The position numbers and the translations under genes are program-made. This document shows positions 9,704 through 19,202 of a DNA stretch of 64,000 nucleotides, piece by piece. This stretch comes from Gammaproteobacteria bacterium (GTDB taxonomy: Bacteria > Pseudomonadota > Gammaproteobacteria > Steroidobacterales > JBFFHS01): the NCBI GenBank assembly GCA_041556855.1, contig JBFFHS010000002.1, forward strand, positions 26,056 through 90,055, written 5' to 3'. Position 1 is the first letter of the stretch; every line of letters begins with the position of its first letter. A model generated the notes under the pieces. It worked only from the letters and a program-made list of their open reading frames with translations, was not told the DNA's origin and did no database searches.

Positions 9704-10666
9704 TTAGAGCGCTTTGAACGCCGCGATGATTCGCAACACGGCAGGACCGACCGCAACAATAAAAAATGCCGGAAATAGACATATCACGAGCGGAAAAATC
9801 ATTTTCGTGCCAATCTTCGCCGCTTGCTCTTCGGCTTTCTGCATACGCTTGTCGCGAAACTCCTCGGAATACACCCGCAGGGCATCAGCGACGCTGGTGC
9901 CAAAGCGCATGGTTTGCACTAAAAGCCCCACAAGCCCGCGGATATCATCCAATCCGGTGCGGGCGGCCAGATTCTTCAGTGCCTGGGGACGCTCAACGCC
10001 GGCCCGCATCTCCACATTCACCAGGCGCAGCTCCTCCGCCAGCTCCGGATGGCTCACGTCCAGATCCGTAGCTACCCGATCGATCGCCGCGCCCAGCCCG
10101 AGACCGGCCTCTACGCAGACGACCAGCAGGTCCAGCGCATCGGGGAAACCGTTGCGCAGCTTCTTCAGGCGGTTCTCCTTGATACGTTCCACCACGCCAT
10201 TGGGTGCAGAAACGCCCAAAAACGCTGCGAATGCCATTGCCATGAAAACAGCCGTCATGCTCCATTTGGGTAACCAGGCCGTTCCCACAAACACGCACAA
10301 CGGGAGCAGAACGGCCAGCAGGACCTTAATACCATAGAAGTAGCGCAGCGCCTTTGCCGACCGAAATCCAGCATGTATCAGTTGCTCGCTGATTCGGGAC
10401 CGCTCGTCGCCATCCTGGGGTAGCACGTATTCGGCAATAGGATCGATCCAGCGTGAGTAGTCTTGCTCCGGGCCCTGCAAAGCCTGGTCGGTCTCATCCA
10501 CTCCGCCAACGGTTGAAGCCAGTCTGCGGCGTACCGGGTCCCGCGCGTTCAACACAACGGTTACCACGGCAAAACCCAAGCAGACGGCGGTCGCCGCGCT
10601 CAGCACGATGAACAACAGTTGCGGATCGAGCCCGAGATAGGCCGCCAAATTCATCAGAGTATCCAT
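9704..10666 (-). CDS. tadC: Tad pilus inner-membrane platform protein TadC (T2SS-F family)
   Basis: 320 aa with TM helices at both ends and a cytoplasmic helical core. Paired with tadB downstream of cpaF. Confidence 0.8.
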   Translation of the reverse strand: MDTLMNLAAYLGLDPQLLFIVLSAATAVCLGFAVVTVVLNARDPVRRRLASTVGGVDETDQALQGPEQDYSRWIDPIAEYVLPQDGDERSRISEQLIHAGFRSAKALRYFYGIKVLLAVLLPLCVFVGTAWLPKWSMTAVFMAMAFAAFLGVSAPNGVVERIKENRLKKLRNGFPDALDLLVVCVEAGLGLGAAIDRVATDLDVSHPELAEELRLVNVEMRAGVERPQALKNLAARTGLDDIRGLVGLLVQTMRFGTSVADALRVYSEEFRDKRMQKAEEQAAKIGTKMIFPLVICLFPAFFIVAVGPAVLRIIAAFKAL

Positions 10667-10675
10667 GACCTCTCC

Positions 10676-11650
10676 TCAGACCTCGATCCGGACGATGCGC
10701 CGTACCCAGAAGATGCCGACCACGCCTGCCACCAGGCCGACCATGATCAGGCGTCGGCCCAACTCATCTTCGATCAGCGTAGGCAGGTAGCTCGGCGTCG
10801 TTATCCACACAACTGCAAACAGCACCAGCGGGACCAGGGCGAGGATCCAGGCCGACATTCGGCCCTCGGCCGACAGCGTTTTCACTTTGCGCTGCAGCTT
10901 GAAGCGACCGCGAATGACGTTGGAAATGCGTTCGAGAATCTCGGCCAGGTTACCGCCCGTCTCCCGCTGCACCAGGACAGAGGTAACCAACGCCATGACC
11001 GTGACGCTTGGAACGCGCTGCAGCAACCCCAGCATCGCCCGCCTGGCATCATTTCCGTAGTTGAGATCAGCAAAGGTCGTAGCAAACTCACCGGCGACGG
11101 GGTCATCCATCTCCTCACCGACCAATTTGATCGCCCCGCTGAAAGGGTGTCCGGCCCGCAGCGCCCGCTTGACCATGTCGATGGCATCCGGCAGCTGCTC
11201 CTCAAACTTCTGAAGTCGCGCGCCCCGGTCACGAAAAATCTTGAAAAACGGTATCGCCAGGCCAGCCCCAGCAGCAAGGACCGCTGCCAGGGGCATGCGG
11301 GTAAAGGTCCACCCCAGTATCCCAGCCACCAGACACAGCACGCCAGCCAACAGCACGACCCGGTAAGCGAGGAACTTGTGGCCGCCCTGGGCGATAACGC
11401 GTCCCAGATATTCCATCAAGGGGAGGCGTTCCAACGTCCGCTCCCACGGCGACAGGCGACGAAGATACTGCTGGCGGAGCAACGACGAGAGCATTTCCTC
11501 GCCGGATTCCTCCTCCAGCTCAGAGAGCCGCTTGCTGAGCTTCTTGCGCATCTGCCGGCTCTCGCCGAAGACAGGCACAATCAACCCCTGGGACAGTAGC
11601 AGGACGGTCACGAAGACCAATCCGACAAAGAGCATCATTCCATCTGACAT
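10676..11650 (-). CDS. tadB: Tad pilus inner-membrane platform protein TadB (T2SS-F family)
   Basis: 324 aa with the same architecture as TadC. Immediately follows cpaF. Confidence 0.8.
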   Translation of the reverse strand: MSDGMMLFVGLVFVTVLLLSQGLIVPVFGESRQMRKKLSKRLSELEEESGEEMLSSLLRQQYLRRLSPWERTLERLPLMEYLGRVIAQGGHKFLAYRVVLLAGVLCLVAGILGWTFTRMPLAAVLAAGAGLAIPFFKIFRDRGARLQKFEEQLPDAIDMVKRALRAGHPFSGAIKLVGEEMDDPVAGEFATTFADLNYGNDARRAMLGLLQRVPSVTVMALVTSVLVQRETGGNLAEILERISNVIRGRFKLQRKVKTLSAEGRMSAWILALVPLVLFAVVWITTPSYLPTLIEDELGRRLIMVGLVAGVVGIFWVRRIVRIEV

Positions 11651-11670
11651 AGCCGCCTACTCCCGGTCCC

Positions 11671-13011
11671 TCAGAACCCGCCTTCCGGACTGAACACGTC
11701 AATGGGCAATTCGATTCCTTTAGACGTTAGAGTCTTGTGGAACCCCGGCACGATACCCGTGGAGCGCAGCTCGCCCATAACGTTACCGTCCTCATCCACA
11801 CCGCGCCGTTCGAAGCGAAACAGCTCCGACATGGTGATGACCTCGCCTTCCATGCCGTTAATCTCTGCCAGGCTGACCAGGCGTCGCCGCCCGTCCTCGT
11901 GCCGGCTGAGCTGAATCACCACGTCAATAGCCGCGGCAATCTGCTCGCGAAGGACCTTCGACGGAAAAGTGATCCCCGTCATGGAGACCATATTTTCAAC
12001 CCGCGTCAGAGCATCCCGCGGCGTGTTGGCATGAATAGTGGTGAGCGAGCCGTCGTGACCGGTGTTCATGGCCTGTAACATGTCCAGCGCTTCCGGCCCG
12101 CGAACCTCGCCGACCACGATTCGGTCCGGTCGCATACGCAGGCTGTTGCGAACCAGGTCGCGCGAATTGACTTCGCCCTTGCCCTCGATGTTGGGCGGAC
12201 GGGTTTCCAGGCGAACCACGTGGGGCTGACGGAGCTGAAGCTCGGCCGAGTCTTCAATGGTCACGATGCGCTCGTTCTCCGGTATGTAACCGGACAACAC
12301 GTTGAGCATGGTGGTCTTGCCCGCGCCAGTACCACCGGATATGAGCACATTGAGCCGTGCCTTGACGACGCCGCGCAGAACATCTGCCACTTCCTGCGTG
12401 AGGGCGCCGAACTCGATCAGGTCCTCCATTTGCAACAGATCCACGCCGAAACGACGGATCGACATCATGGGTCCGTCTAAAGCCAACGGCGGGATAATGG
12501 CGTTGACCCTGGATCCGTCTTTCAACCGGGCATCCACCATTGGCGAGGACTCGTCGATGCGCCGACCAACGCTGGATACGATGCGATCAATGATGTTTGA
12601 CAGATGATCGTCATCATTGAACTTCACGTCGGTAAGCTCAATCTTCCCGTGTCGCTCCACATAGACCTGGTGCGCGCCGTTAACCAGGATATCCGCCACC
12701 GATGAATCGGCAAGCAGCGGCTCCAGCGGCCCCAGACCCATGACCTCATTCTCGATTTCGGTGACGATCCGCCGTCGCTGGTCCAGGCTGAGCGGTGCAG
12801 ATTCCTCCGAAAACAGCCGCTGGACGATCTCCGCAATCTCATGCCGCGCCCGCTCTTCATCCACGGTGCCTATTAAGGTCAGGTCCATGACCTGCAGCAG
12901 CCTCTCGTGAATGCGAAGCTTCCACTCTACCTCAGCGGGCGTAAGGGTCTTGCTCCCGTGGCTTTCCGCAACGCCGACGCCTCCGGGAAGGGATTTCGCA
13001 GACGCACTCAT
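11671..13011 (-). CDS. cpaF: Tad pilus secretion ATPase CpaF/TadA (VirB11/PilB superfamily)
   Basis: Walker [20 protein letters not shown], Walker B/His-box region [12 protein letters not shown]. The ATG shares a base with the tadZ stop (TGATG). Confidence 0.92.
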   Translation of the reverse strand: MSASAKSLPGGVGVAESHGSKTLTPAEVEWKLRIHERLLQVMDLTLIGTVDEERARHEIAEIVQRLFSEESAPLSLDQRRRIVTEIENEVMGLGPLEPLLADSSVADILVNGAHQVYVERHGKIELTDVKFNDDDHLSNIIDRIVSSVGRRIDESSPMVDARLKDGSRVNAIIPPLALDGPMMSIRRFGVDLLQMEDLIEFGALTQEVADVLRGVVKARLNVLISGGTGAGKTTMLNVLSGYIPENERIVTIEDSAELQLRQPHVVRLETRPPNIEGKGEVNSRDLVRNSLRMRPDRIVVGEVRGPEALDMLQAMNTGHDGSLTTIHANTPRDALTRVENMVSMTGITFPSKVLREQIAAAIDVVIQLSRHEDGRRRLVSLAEINGMEGEVITMSELFRFERRGVDEDGNVMGELRSTGIVPGFHKTLTSKGIELPIDVFSPEGGF

Positions 13012-14216
13012 CAGTTACCTCCAAACACTTGCAGTGGCGAGCGGAACAATGACGACAGCTTGCTGCCCCGGTCCTGCGCCTCCGCTCCGGCGACGCTGAC
13101 CAAATGGGATTGCAGCTTGATCAGTGCCCGCGTTAACTCCGAGTTCCGGGCATGGTCAAGCATCGGTACGCCGAGATTGATACTCTCGGCAACGAGTTTG
13201 AAATAGTTCGGCAGGGTGTAGCCCGCAGCGCCTGGAAGAGCCTGCTGGATATCCTCGAGCTGGATTTCCGCCTTCTTGTCAAAGCGGTTTACCACCAGCA
13301 CAACGTGCTCCGTGGGAATTCCCAACTGGTCCCGCATGATCTGCACCACGCGCGTGGCGTCCTGCACGTGTGGCAACGACTGCTGAAGCACCAGCACCAC
13401 CTTTGAAGCCCGAGACACGATTTGTGCTGTCATCTCATCAAAGCGGCGCGGCACATCCACGAACACCTGGCCATACTGCTGACTGAACAAATCGAACAGG
13501 CGGTTGGCTCGGTCCGCCGCGCTGTCGTAAGAGAAACGGAAGTCTTCCGGTCGCGCCGCCAGCACCTTGAGGCCGCTATCGTGCACCGACATGTAGGCAT
13601 CCAGTGCCACCGCGTCGAGCTCATCGGCTGAATCCAGCGCCTGCAACAAACCGTAGCGCAGCTTGATGTCGAAGTAGGCTGGCAGATTAGGAAACTGCAT
13701 ATCCAGGCTGACAACCGCCGTCGCCTGCTCGGAGAGCTTGGCGGTGATGTGGGCCAGGTTGCATGCCAGAAAGGTTGCACCCGAGCCGCCTTTCGCATTA
13801 ATGAGAGCAATCAGCTCGCCGGTTTCCCCGGCCCGCGCCTGCAGATCCTCGCGAATGCCGTCGATACTGGCATCCAGGTCAGTCAACGCCGCGTCGCCCG
13901 CGACAAAGTCGCGCGCGCCCGCTTTCATCGCCAGCCGCATTAAACCTGCATCATTGTCGGCCGACACCACCAACAGCGGCGGTCGCGTGCTGGCAGGCCG
14001 CTCCAACAGCGCGCTCAACTCCCCGCCGTCGTCGTTGGGCAAATGCAGGACCAGCACATCGGGCATTTCCTTCACGCCGTATAGCGGGTCCGCGTGGCCA
14101 TTGGAAATATGCCGCGTCTGCACATCCAGATCGCCCCGTTCCGACAGTCGCGCAGATAGTTGCTTTAAAGATTTCTCGGCACGTCCCGCGATCAGCAGCT
14201 TTAGCTTCGTCCTCAT
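13011..14216 (-). CDS. tadZ: TadZ/CpaE pilus localisation protein (receiver-like N-domain plus MinD/ParA-type ATPase)
   Basis: Atypical Walker [18 protein letters not shown] typical of TadZ, with a receiver-like N-terminal half. Start chosen at ATG 14216 (GGAAGAG upstream). An alternative TTG at 14264 overlaps the upstream stop. Confidence 0.8.
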   Translation of the reverse strand: MRTKLKLLIAGRAEKSLKQLSARLSERGDLDVQTRHISNGHADPLYGVKEMPDVLVLHLPNDDGGELSALLERPASTRPPLLVVSADNDAGLMRLAMKAGARDFVAGDAALTDLDASIDGIREDLQARAGETGELIALINAKGGSGATFLACNLAHITAKLSEQATAVVSLDMQFPNLPAYFDIKLRYGLLQALDSADELDAVALDAYMSVHDSGLKVLAARPEDFRFSYDSAADRANRLFDLFSQQYGQVFVDVPRRFDEMTAQIVSRASKVVLVLQQSLPHVQDATRVVQIMRDQLGIPTEHVVLVVNRFDKKAEIQLEDIQQALPGAAGYTLPNYFKLVAESINLGVPMLDHARNSELTRALIKLQSHLVSVAGAEAQDRGSKLSSLFRSPLQVFGGN

Positions 14217-14260
14217 TATCTCTTCCGTTGCGCTCGTGGCTTCATGGTTAGCGTTATCCC

Positions 14261-14752
14261 TCAACAGGGTGTGATGACACCTTCGCGGGGAATGCCGAGG
14301 CTCTCCCGCGGCAGAGTCGTAACAAACTGGGGCATCGTGAAAGTGTAATTGGCGAACGGAATCAGCAACTCGTGATTAAAGTTGACCACGCGCAGCCGGA
14401 CGTAGCCGATCAAACCGAAGTTCGTGTTTGGATCCGCCAGGACCGCGCCGTTGCGATCCAGATACTCAAGGGTAAAATCAGACGTATCCAAACCGCTGAC
14501 GATCGGGCTGGTCGCGCCGCCGCCGGGGACATTGAACGTAGCGACCTCGGCAATGGCTGGATCGTCAATGGGACAGACGGCCGCCATGCGGGCACCCCGC
14601 CGGGTCGCCTCCGTGAGCGCGTTGGCCACGAAAATCGCCCGGCCAATTTCCAGAATGCCGAAGATCATGGTCAAGGTCAGGGCGCCGACGATAGCGAACT
14701 CGACCATGGCGAGTCCTTGCTGGCGTGCTGCTGTGGTGGGTTGCCGTCTCAT
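14261..14752 (-). CDS. TadE/TadF-like pseudopilin
   Basis: N-terminal TadE motif RQQGLAMVEFAIVGALTLTMIFGILEIGR. 4-nt overlap with the upstream gene. Confidence 0.7.
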   Translation of the reverse strand: MRRQPTTAARQQGLAMVEFAIVGALTLTMIFGILEIGRAIFVANALTEATRRGARMAAVCPIDDPAIAEVATFNVPGGGATSPIVSGLDTSDFTLEYLDRNGAVLADPNTNFGLIGYVRLRVVNFNHELLIPFANYTFTMPQFVTTLPRESLGIPREGVITPC

Positions 14753-15204
14753 AACGCCCTCATCACGACTGATGCCGTGAGCGTGAAGCCGAGCGGTGCT
14801 CCCGGGCCCAGTCCGAAGGTCTCTAGGACGGGGCCCGTAATTGGCATGTAGGGATACGCGGCCTGGACCATCACCATACGATTGCCGGCGTCGGTGATGG
14901 AAACCTGGCCCGTGGCCAGACCAGGCAGGCGCGGGTTGCCGGCGCCCACTTCATTCCCGTATACGACAAGGTTCTGGGTCGCAGCGGCGATATCCGACGT
15001 CACCAATACCGTCCCCGTGGTTCCCAGCAACGCCTCAGCCGCAGCGTATCGCGCCCCGTCCCGCACCAGTTTGTTGAGGGTGTTGTACTGCACAAAGGCC
15101 TTACCCAGCTCGCTCATCCCCAGGAACAGCAGGAGCAGCATCGGCAGCGCCGCCGTGAGTTCTACAATGGCGGCTCCACGTTGTCGTATGGCTGTTGCTT
15201 TCAT
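14749..15204 (-). CDS. TadE-like pseudopilin
   Basis: N-terminal TadE motif RQRGAAIVELTAALPMLLLLFLGMSELG. Confidence 0.7.
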   Translation of the reverse strand: MKATAIRQRGAAIVELTAALPMLLLLFLGMSELGKAFVQYNTLNKLVRDGARYAAAEALLGTTGTVLVTSDIAAATQNLVVYGNEVGAGNPRLPGLATGQVSITDAGNRMVMVQAAYPYMPITGPVLETFGLGPGAPLGFTLTASVVMRAL

Positions 15205-15209
15205 GACTG

Positions 15210-16439
15210 TTACGCGTCCGGGCTATCCGGATCCTTGTAGAGTTGAATGATGTAGAGACCAGGACCCGAGTCTGGCTCGGGACCTGGCACGCCCCCGGCG
15301 TTGCAGCTATCCAAAAACAGGCCAAAGATCTCGGCTTCGTTGCCTTTCTGAATCGCTTCCTGGAGCAGGAAATAGCAGCCAAAGCCCAGCACCGGCACCT
15401 GGCCCTGCCCGTTGATCGTTCCCGAGCAATCGCCGATAGGAATCGCCACTTCCCGCCGCATGTACTGCCCCGTGGGCGGAGAATAGTCATAGGTGTTCAG
15501 CCCCAGACGCGTCTGATAATCGTCGTAGTTGAAGCTGATATCGGCACCGTGATTGACCTGCTGATTGGCCTGATAAATCGTATCGGTTTCGCTGTTATAG
15601 GACAGCGGCGGATCGGGCTGAGTGGTCACGACGTCTGGGGGAAAGGTGGACTCCATGCCCTGCATGGGACCGAGATAGGTGCCGAAGCGGGTATTGAGGC
15701 CCTGGGCCACGGGCCCCACCGTGTTTCCCGGCTCGGTTTCGACCATCTCACCTTCGGTCGCGCAGCCATCAAAGGCGCCGGCCATGGCATCGCGGAGATC
15801 AGCAGCGCCCGCATTGTCACCCAGGCGGATGAGCTGAAAATTACCGGGGCCCACCTCACCCTCTGCCGTACTCATCTTCAAGACATCGGGCACGCCCGGC
15901 GTGTAGCCGAAATAAGGCCCGCCCGCACCAGCATCGCCGCACACCATCATGGGTGCGATGTTGCAGGCGGTCTTAATGTTCGGGCTCGGGCCGGCGACGG
16001 CGGTTGCCGCTACCGTCTTTTCAGTTATGCCCACCACGGTGGCAAACCACGCGGGCATCCTGAAGTTCCACGCTCGCACCCGCACATACTGAGCCGGAAC
16101 GGTGCCAGGAACGAAGGGATCCAGGGTACTGGAAAACTGGACCTCCAGATCAATGATGCCCTGCGAGTACGCATCACCAACTTCCTGGTTGCCGGCGGCC
16201 GAACCATTGGTTGAAAACGCCAATACGGCCGCCCCTTGGGCTGCCACCATGTCGGCGCCTGAGATATCCAGCTCCTTGGCACCGGCCAGGGCAGCAGCGT
16301 CCACCGCGTTCTGCAGGCGGGTTTTGTTGAGCATGGCGTGGCCGCCATCCAGGGCGAGCCCCGCCATGCCCAACAGGGCTACCATGCCCGCTACCAGCAG
16401 AATCACGACGGCTCCAGATTGTTGACGTCTCAACTGCAT
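15210..16439 (-). CDS. tadG: TadG-like pilus assembly protein
   Basis: N-terminal TadG-type segment QSGAVVILLVAGMVALLGMAGLALDGGHAMLNKTRLQNAVDAAALAGA. Confidence 0.7.
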   Translation of the reverse strand: MQLRRQQSGAVVILLVAGMVALLGMAGLALDGGHAMLNKTRLQNAVDAAALAGAKELDISGADMVAAQGAAVLAFSTNGSAAGNQEVGDAYSQGIIDLEVQFSSTLDPFVPGTVPAQYVRVRAWNFRMPAWFATVVGITEKTVAATAVAGPSPNIKTACNIAPMMVCGDAGAGGPYFGYTPGVPDVLKMSTAEGEVGPGNFQLIRLGDNAGAADLRDAMAGAFDGCATEGEMVETEPGNTVGPVAQGLNTRFGTYLGPMQGMESTFPPDVVTTQPDPPLSYNSETDTIYQANQQVNHGADISFNYDDYQTRLGLNTYDYSPPTGQYMRREVAIPIGDCSGTINGQGQVPVLGFGCYFLLQEAIQKGNEAEIFGLFLDSCNAGGVPGPEPDSGPGLYIIQLYKDPDSPDA

Positions 16440-16452
16440 GGCTGGCTACTCC

Positions 16453-16731
16453 CTAGCCTCCAACATTAATCACGATCGGATTGCTGACGCTTTCAGCGCT
16501 GCCGACGGTTTCTCGATGCGTCTTCATAACGCCCTCCAGGCGCACGCCGTCGGTTGTCTCGGGTGCGTCGGCGGGCGGGTTGGCTGCGGCTGCGGGATCG
16601 TGCAGCTGCGCAGCCTTGATGCCCCGCACCGACTTGCCATAGTTGGCCTCTACCATGCTGGAGCCCGCGCAGCCGGCGCTGGCGAGGGCTGCAAGACAGA
16701 GCGCTGCAATCTTAAGGTATGAGTTTTCCAT
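16453..16731 (-). CDS. Small lipoprotein of unknown function (positional equivalent of RcpB/CpaD)
   Basis: Lipobox LASAGC (MENSYLKIAALCLAALASAGCAGSS). 92 aa, 15 nt downstream of the secretin gene. Confidence 0.5.
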   Translation of the reverse strand: MENSYLKIAALCLAALASAGCAGSSMVEANYGKSVRGIKAAQLHDPAAAANPPADAPETTDGVRLEGVMKTHRETVGSAESVSNPIVINVGG

Positions 16732-16746
16732 TGTTGTTTCCTCCGC

Positions 16747-18342
16747 TCAGTCCAGGTCGTGGCCAAAGGCAGCCTTGGTGCCGCCACCGCTGGTGGTTTC
16801 ACGCCGCTTAGAACCTTCCAACCGGCCCATGATGTAGAACTCGCTGTCGCTCGGCTCCACGAAGTGATCCGTTGGCAGCTGGATATTATCGGGACTAATG
16901 GGCTTAGCCAGGTGAGGCGTCACAAGAATCACAAGTTCAGTCTCGCCCTTCACGAAATCCTGGCTGCGGAACAGGTTACCCAGCACCGGCAGATCGCCCA
17001 GGCCGGGGAACTTGTTGATCACCTCGCGCATGTTCTCGTTGATGAGACCCGCGATACCGATGGTCTGCCCGCTCATCAGCTCAACCGTAGCGTTCGCGCT
17101 GCGCTTCGCCAGCGAGGGCACCAGGAAGCTCGCCGATGCGCCGGAGCTGCTCAGGGCTACCGAGTTGGCGTTCACCAACTCGCTCACCGAAACATTCAGC
17201 ACAATGTTGATCCGGCCATCGCCAAGCACGACTGGCAGGAAACCCACGCCAACACCGAATTCCTTGAATTCAATGGTGATGGAGTCCTCGTTTTGCGGCA
17301 CCGGGATAGGGAACTCACCCCCGGACAGGAATTTGGCCTCCTGGCCCGAGAGCGTGGTGAGGTTAGGCTCGGCCAGAATCTTCGCCAGCCCGTTCTCCTT
17401 GGCCGCCTCAAGCGTTACATTGAGGAGAAAATCGTTGGTCAGAAGACTCGCGAACAGCCCCTTGTCCTGGATAAACAGATCATTGGGAGCAAACTCGTCA
17501 ACCGCGGGACCCCAGGGCGCGTCGCCACCGAAGACGGGGCGCCGGCCACCCGTGCCGGCGATCGGAATCGGCAGTCCGCTATCGGGATCGATCACGATCT
17601 CCGGATTGAACACCGCGTCCGGGAAGGTCGCGCCGCCATTGACGGCTCCGCTGGACCAGCGGGAGCTAGTCAGAATGGTATTGAAGCGCATGTCGAATTT
17701 GCGCAGTTCCCGGCGGGAAATCTCCGCCACCTTGACCTCCAGCATGACCTGCTGGGCACCGCCCACCTGCATCAGGTTGATGACTTCGCCGCTCCAGGGT
17801 TCGCTCGAGCCGCCGCCCTGGACGTCGAACATCTCTTTTTCCTTGGCGGTGGCCACCTGCGACAGATAGCCCTCGGCAACCGAAAGGGCAGCCGCCATGT
17901 TGCCAGGACTTGAGACCGTTCCCGAAAGAACGATGGACCGTTGGGCGGAGCGCACCTCGATGGGCTCATTGGGCATCAGCTCATAAAGTTTGGCCTTCAA
18001 CGCGTCCAGATCGTGGGTGACCTCCACGCTGACCGTGGCCAGCAACACGTCGGCCTCGTCCCACAGCAACACGTTTGTGGTACCCAGATCCTTACCAAGC
18101 ACGTAAAGCTCCGTGCTGCGCAGCAGTAGCAAATCGGCCACGTCCGGGTTACCTACGGAGATACGCTTCGCCGGCGCCGTCAGCGACAGAACGCGCGACT
18201 TGTACAGCGGCACGGTCATCTCCGCGGTAGGCTTTGCGGTACGCACGATGGCGTGTTGCGACTGCTGTGCGACAGCGCTAGTGGTCAACCCCACCAGGAC
18301 CAGCGCCGGCAGAAATAGTCTGTTGAGAACTGAACGTTTCAT
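16747..18342 (-). CDS. cpaC: Tad pilus outer-membrane secretin CpaC/RcpA
   Basis: Signal peptide, a BON/N-domain region, and a C-terminal secretin motif KFPGLGDLPVLGNLFRS with TELVILVTP. Confidence 0.9.
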   Translation of the reverse strand: MKRSVLNRLFLPALVLVGLTTSAVAQQSQHAIVRTAKPTAEMTVPLYKSRVLSLTAPAKRISVGNPDVADLLLLRSTELYVLGKDLGTTNVLLWDEADVLLATVSVEVTHDLDALKAKLYELMPNEPIEVRSAQRSIVLSGTVSSPGNMAAALSVAEGYLSQVATAKEKEMFDVQGGGSSEPWSGEVINLMQVGGAQQVMLEVKVAEISRRELRKFDMRFNTILTSSRWSSGAVNGGATFPDAVFNPEIVIDPDSGLPIPIAGTGGRRPVFGGDAPWGPAVDEFAPNDLFIQDKGLFASLLTNDFLLNVTLEAAKENGLAKILAEPNLTTLSGQEAKFLSGGEFPIPVPQNEDSITIEFKEFGVGVGFLPVVLGDGRINIVLNVSVSELVNANSVALSSSGASASFLVPSLAKRSANATVELMSGQTIGIAGLINENMREVINKFPGLGDLPVLGNLFRSQDFVKGETELVILVTPHLAKPISPDNIQLPTDHFVEPSDSEFYIMGRLEGSKRRETTSGGGTKAAFGHDLD

Positions 18343-18377
18343 TTTCTGTTACCTCTCGTTCTGCAACCGTCGTGATA

Positions 18378-19166
18378 TTAGGACTTGGTTTTGGTCTCAG
18401 ACACGTTGGTACCGCGAATGATCGTGACCGTGTTCTGCTGGGGCCGACGAGGCGCCGCGCGGCGCACCACCACCTTGGGAGCAGGCTTGGCGACCTTCTT
18501 CTCCTCCACAAAGACCTCCTCATCCAGCGGATTGCGGAGGGTGAGCTGGATACTGCCCTCCTCGCGACCCCTAACGAGCTCTTCCGCCTGGGGCGGCGTG
18601 ACCTGCAGTGTTACCGCCCGAACGATGACAGGCTCGTTGTCGTTAGCCGATGCCGTCTGGTCCACCGCAAGCACTTCGATGTTGCGCAAGATCGTCCGCG
18701 TGACTGCGCGCCGATTCTCCTTGCGGGCAGCCACCACGTCGACGCGATTACCCGGCAGCAAGAACCCGGCAACGCCAATTACGTCGTCAACCCGCACCGT
18801 AACGGCGCGCATCTTGGGATCCACCATGGCGGCCAGGGTGCTGCCGTTGCCCTGCTCTACAAAGCGGGCCTGCATGAGGATTTCACCAGCAACGATGGGC
18901 TGCGTGGTCACCTTGCCAAGCACCTCGCTAATCTCCTGGTATGAGCCCGGCGGGGCCGAGTCCTCTGGCATTTCAATGATCTTCAGATGCCGTTCTTCGA
19001 CGGTGGTGCCAAAGGGCATGCCTAGCGCAGCGGCTACAACCGTGCGCACGTCTTCCCTTTTGTCGGCCATGGATTGCTGGGCCACCCAGTTCCTTGCCAC
19101 CCAGGCGGCGCCCACGCCCATCACGACCGACACCACCAGCAGCAAAAGTCCTCTCTTTCTGAACAT
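18378..19166 (-). CDS. cpaB: Flp pilus assembly protein CpaB/RcpC (SAF domain)
   Basis: N-terminal TM anchor followed by a SAF-like region (VVAAALGMPFGTTVEERHL, GEILMQARF). Lies directly upstream of the secretin gene. Confidence 0.8.
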   Translation of the reverse strand: MFRKRGLLLLVVSVVMGVGAAWVARNWVAQQSMADKREDVRTVVAAALGMPFGTTVEERHLKIIEMPEDSAPPGSYQEISEVLGKVTTQPIVAGEILMQARFVEQGNGSTLAAMVDPKMRAVTVRVDDVIGVAGFLLPGNRVDVVAARKENRRAVTRTILRNIEVLAVDQTASANDNEPVIVRAVTLQVTPPQAEELVRGREEGSIQLTLRNPLDEEVFVEEKKVAKPAPKVVVRRAAPRRPQQNTVTIIRGTNVSETKTKS

Positions 19167-19202
19167 TGTTCTTAGCCTCCCTTCCTGGGATTACGCGCCT
19201 CT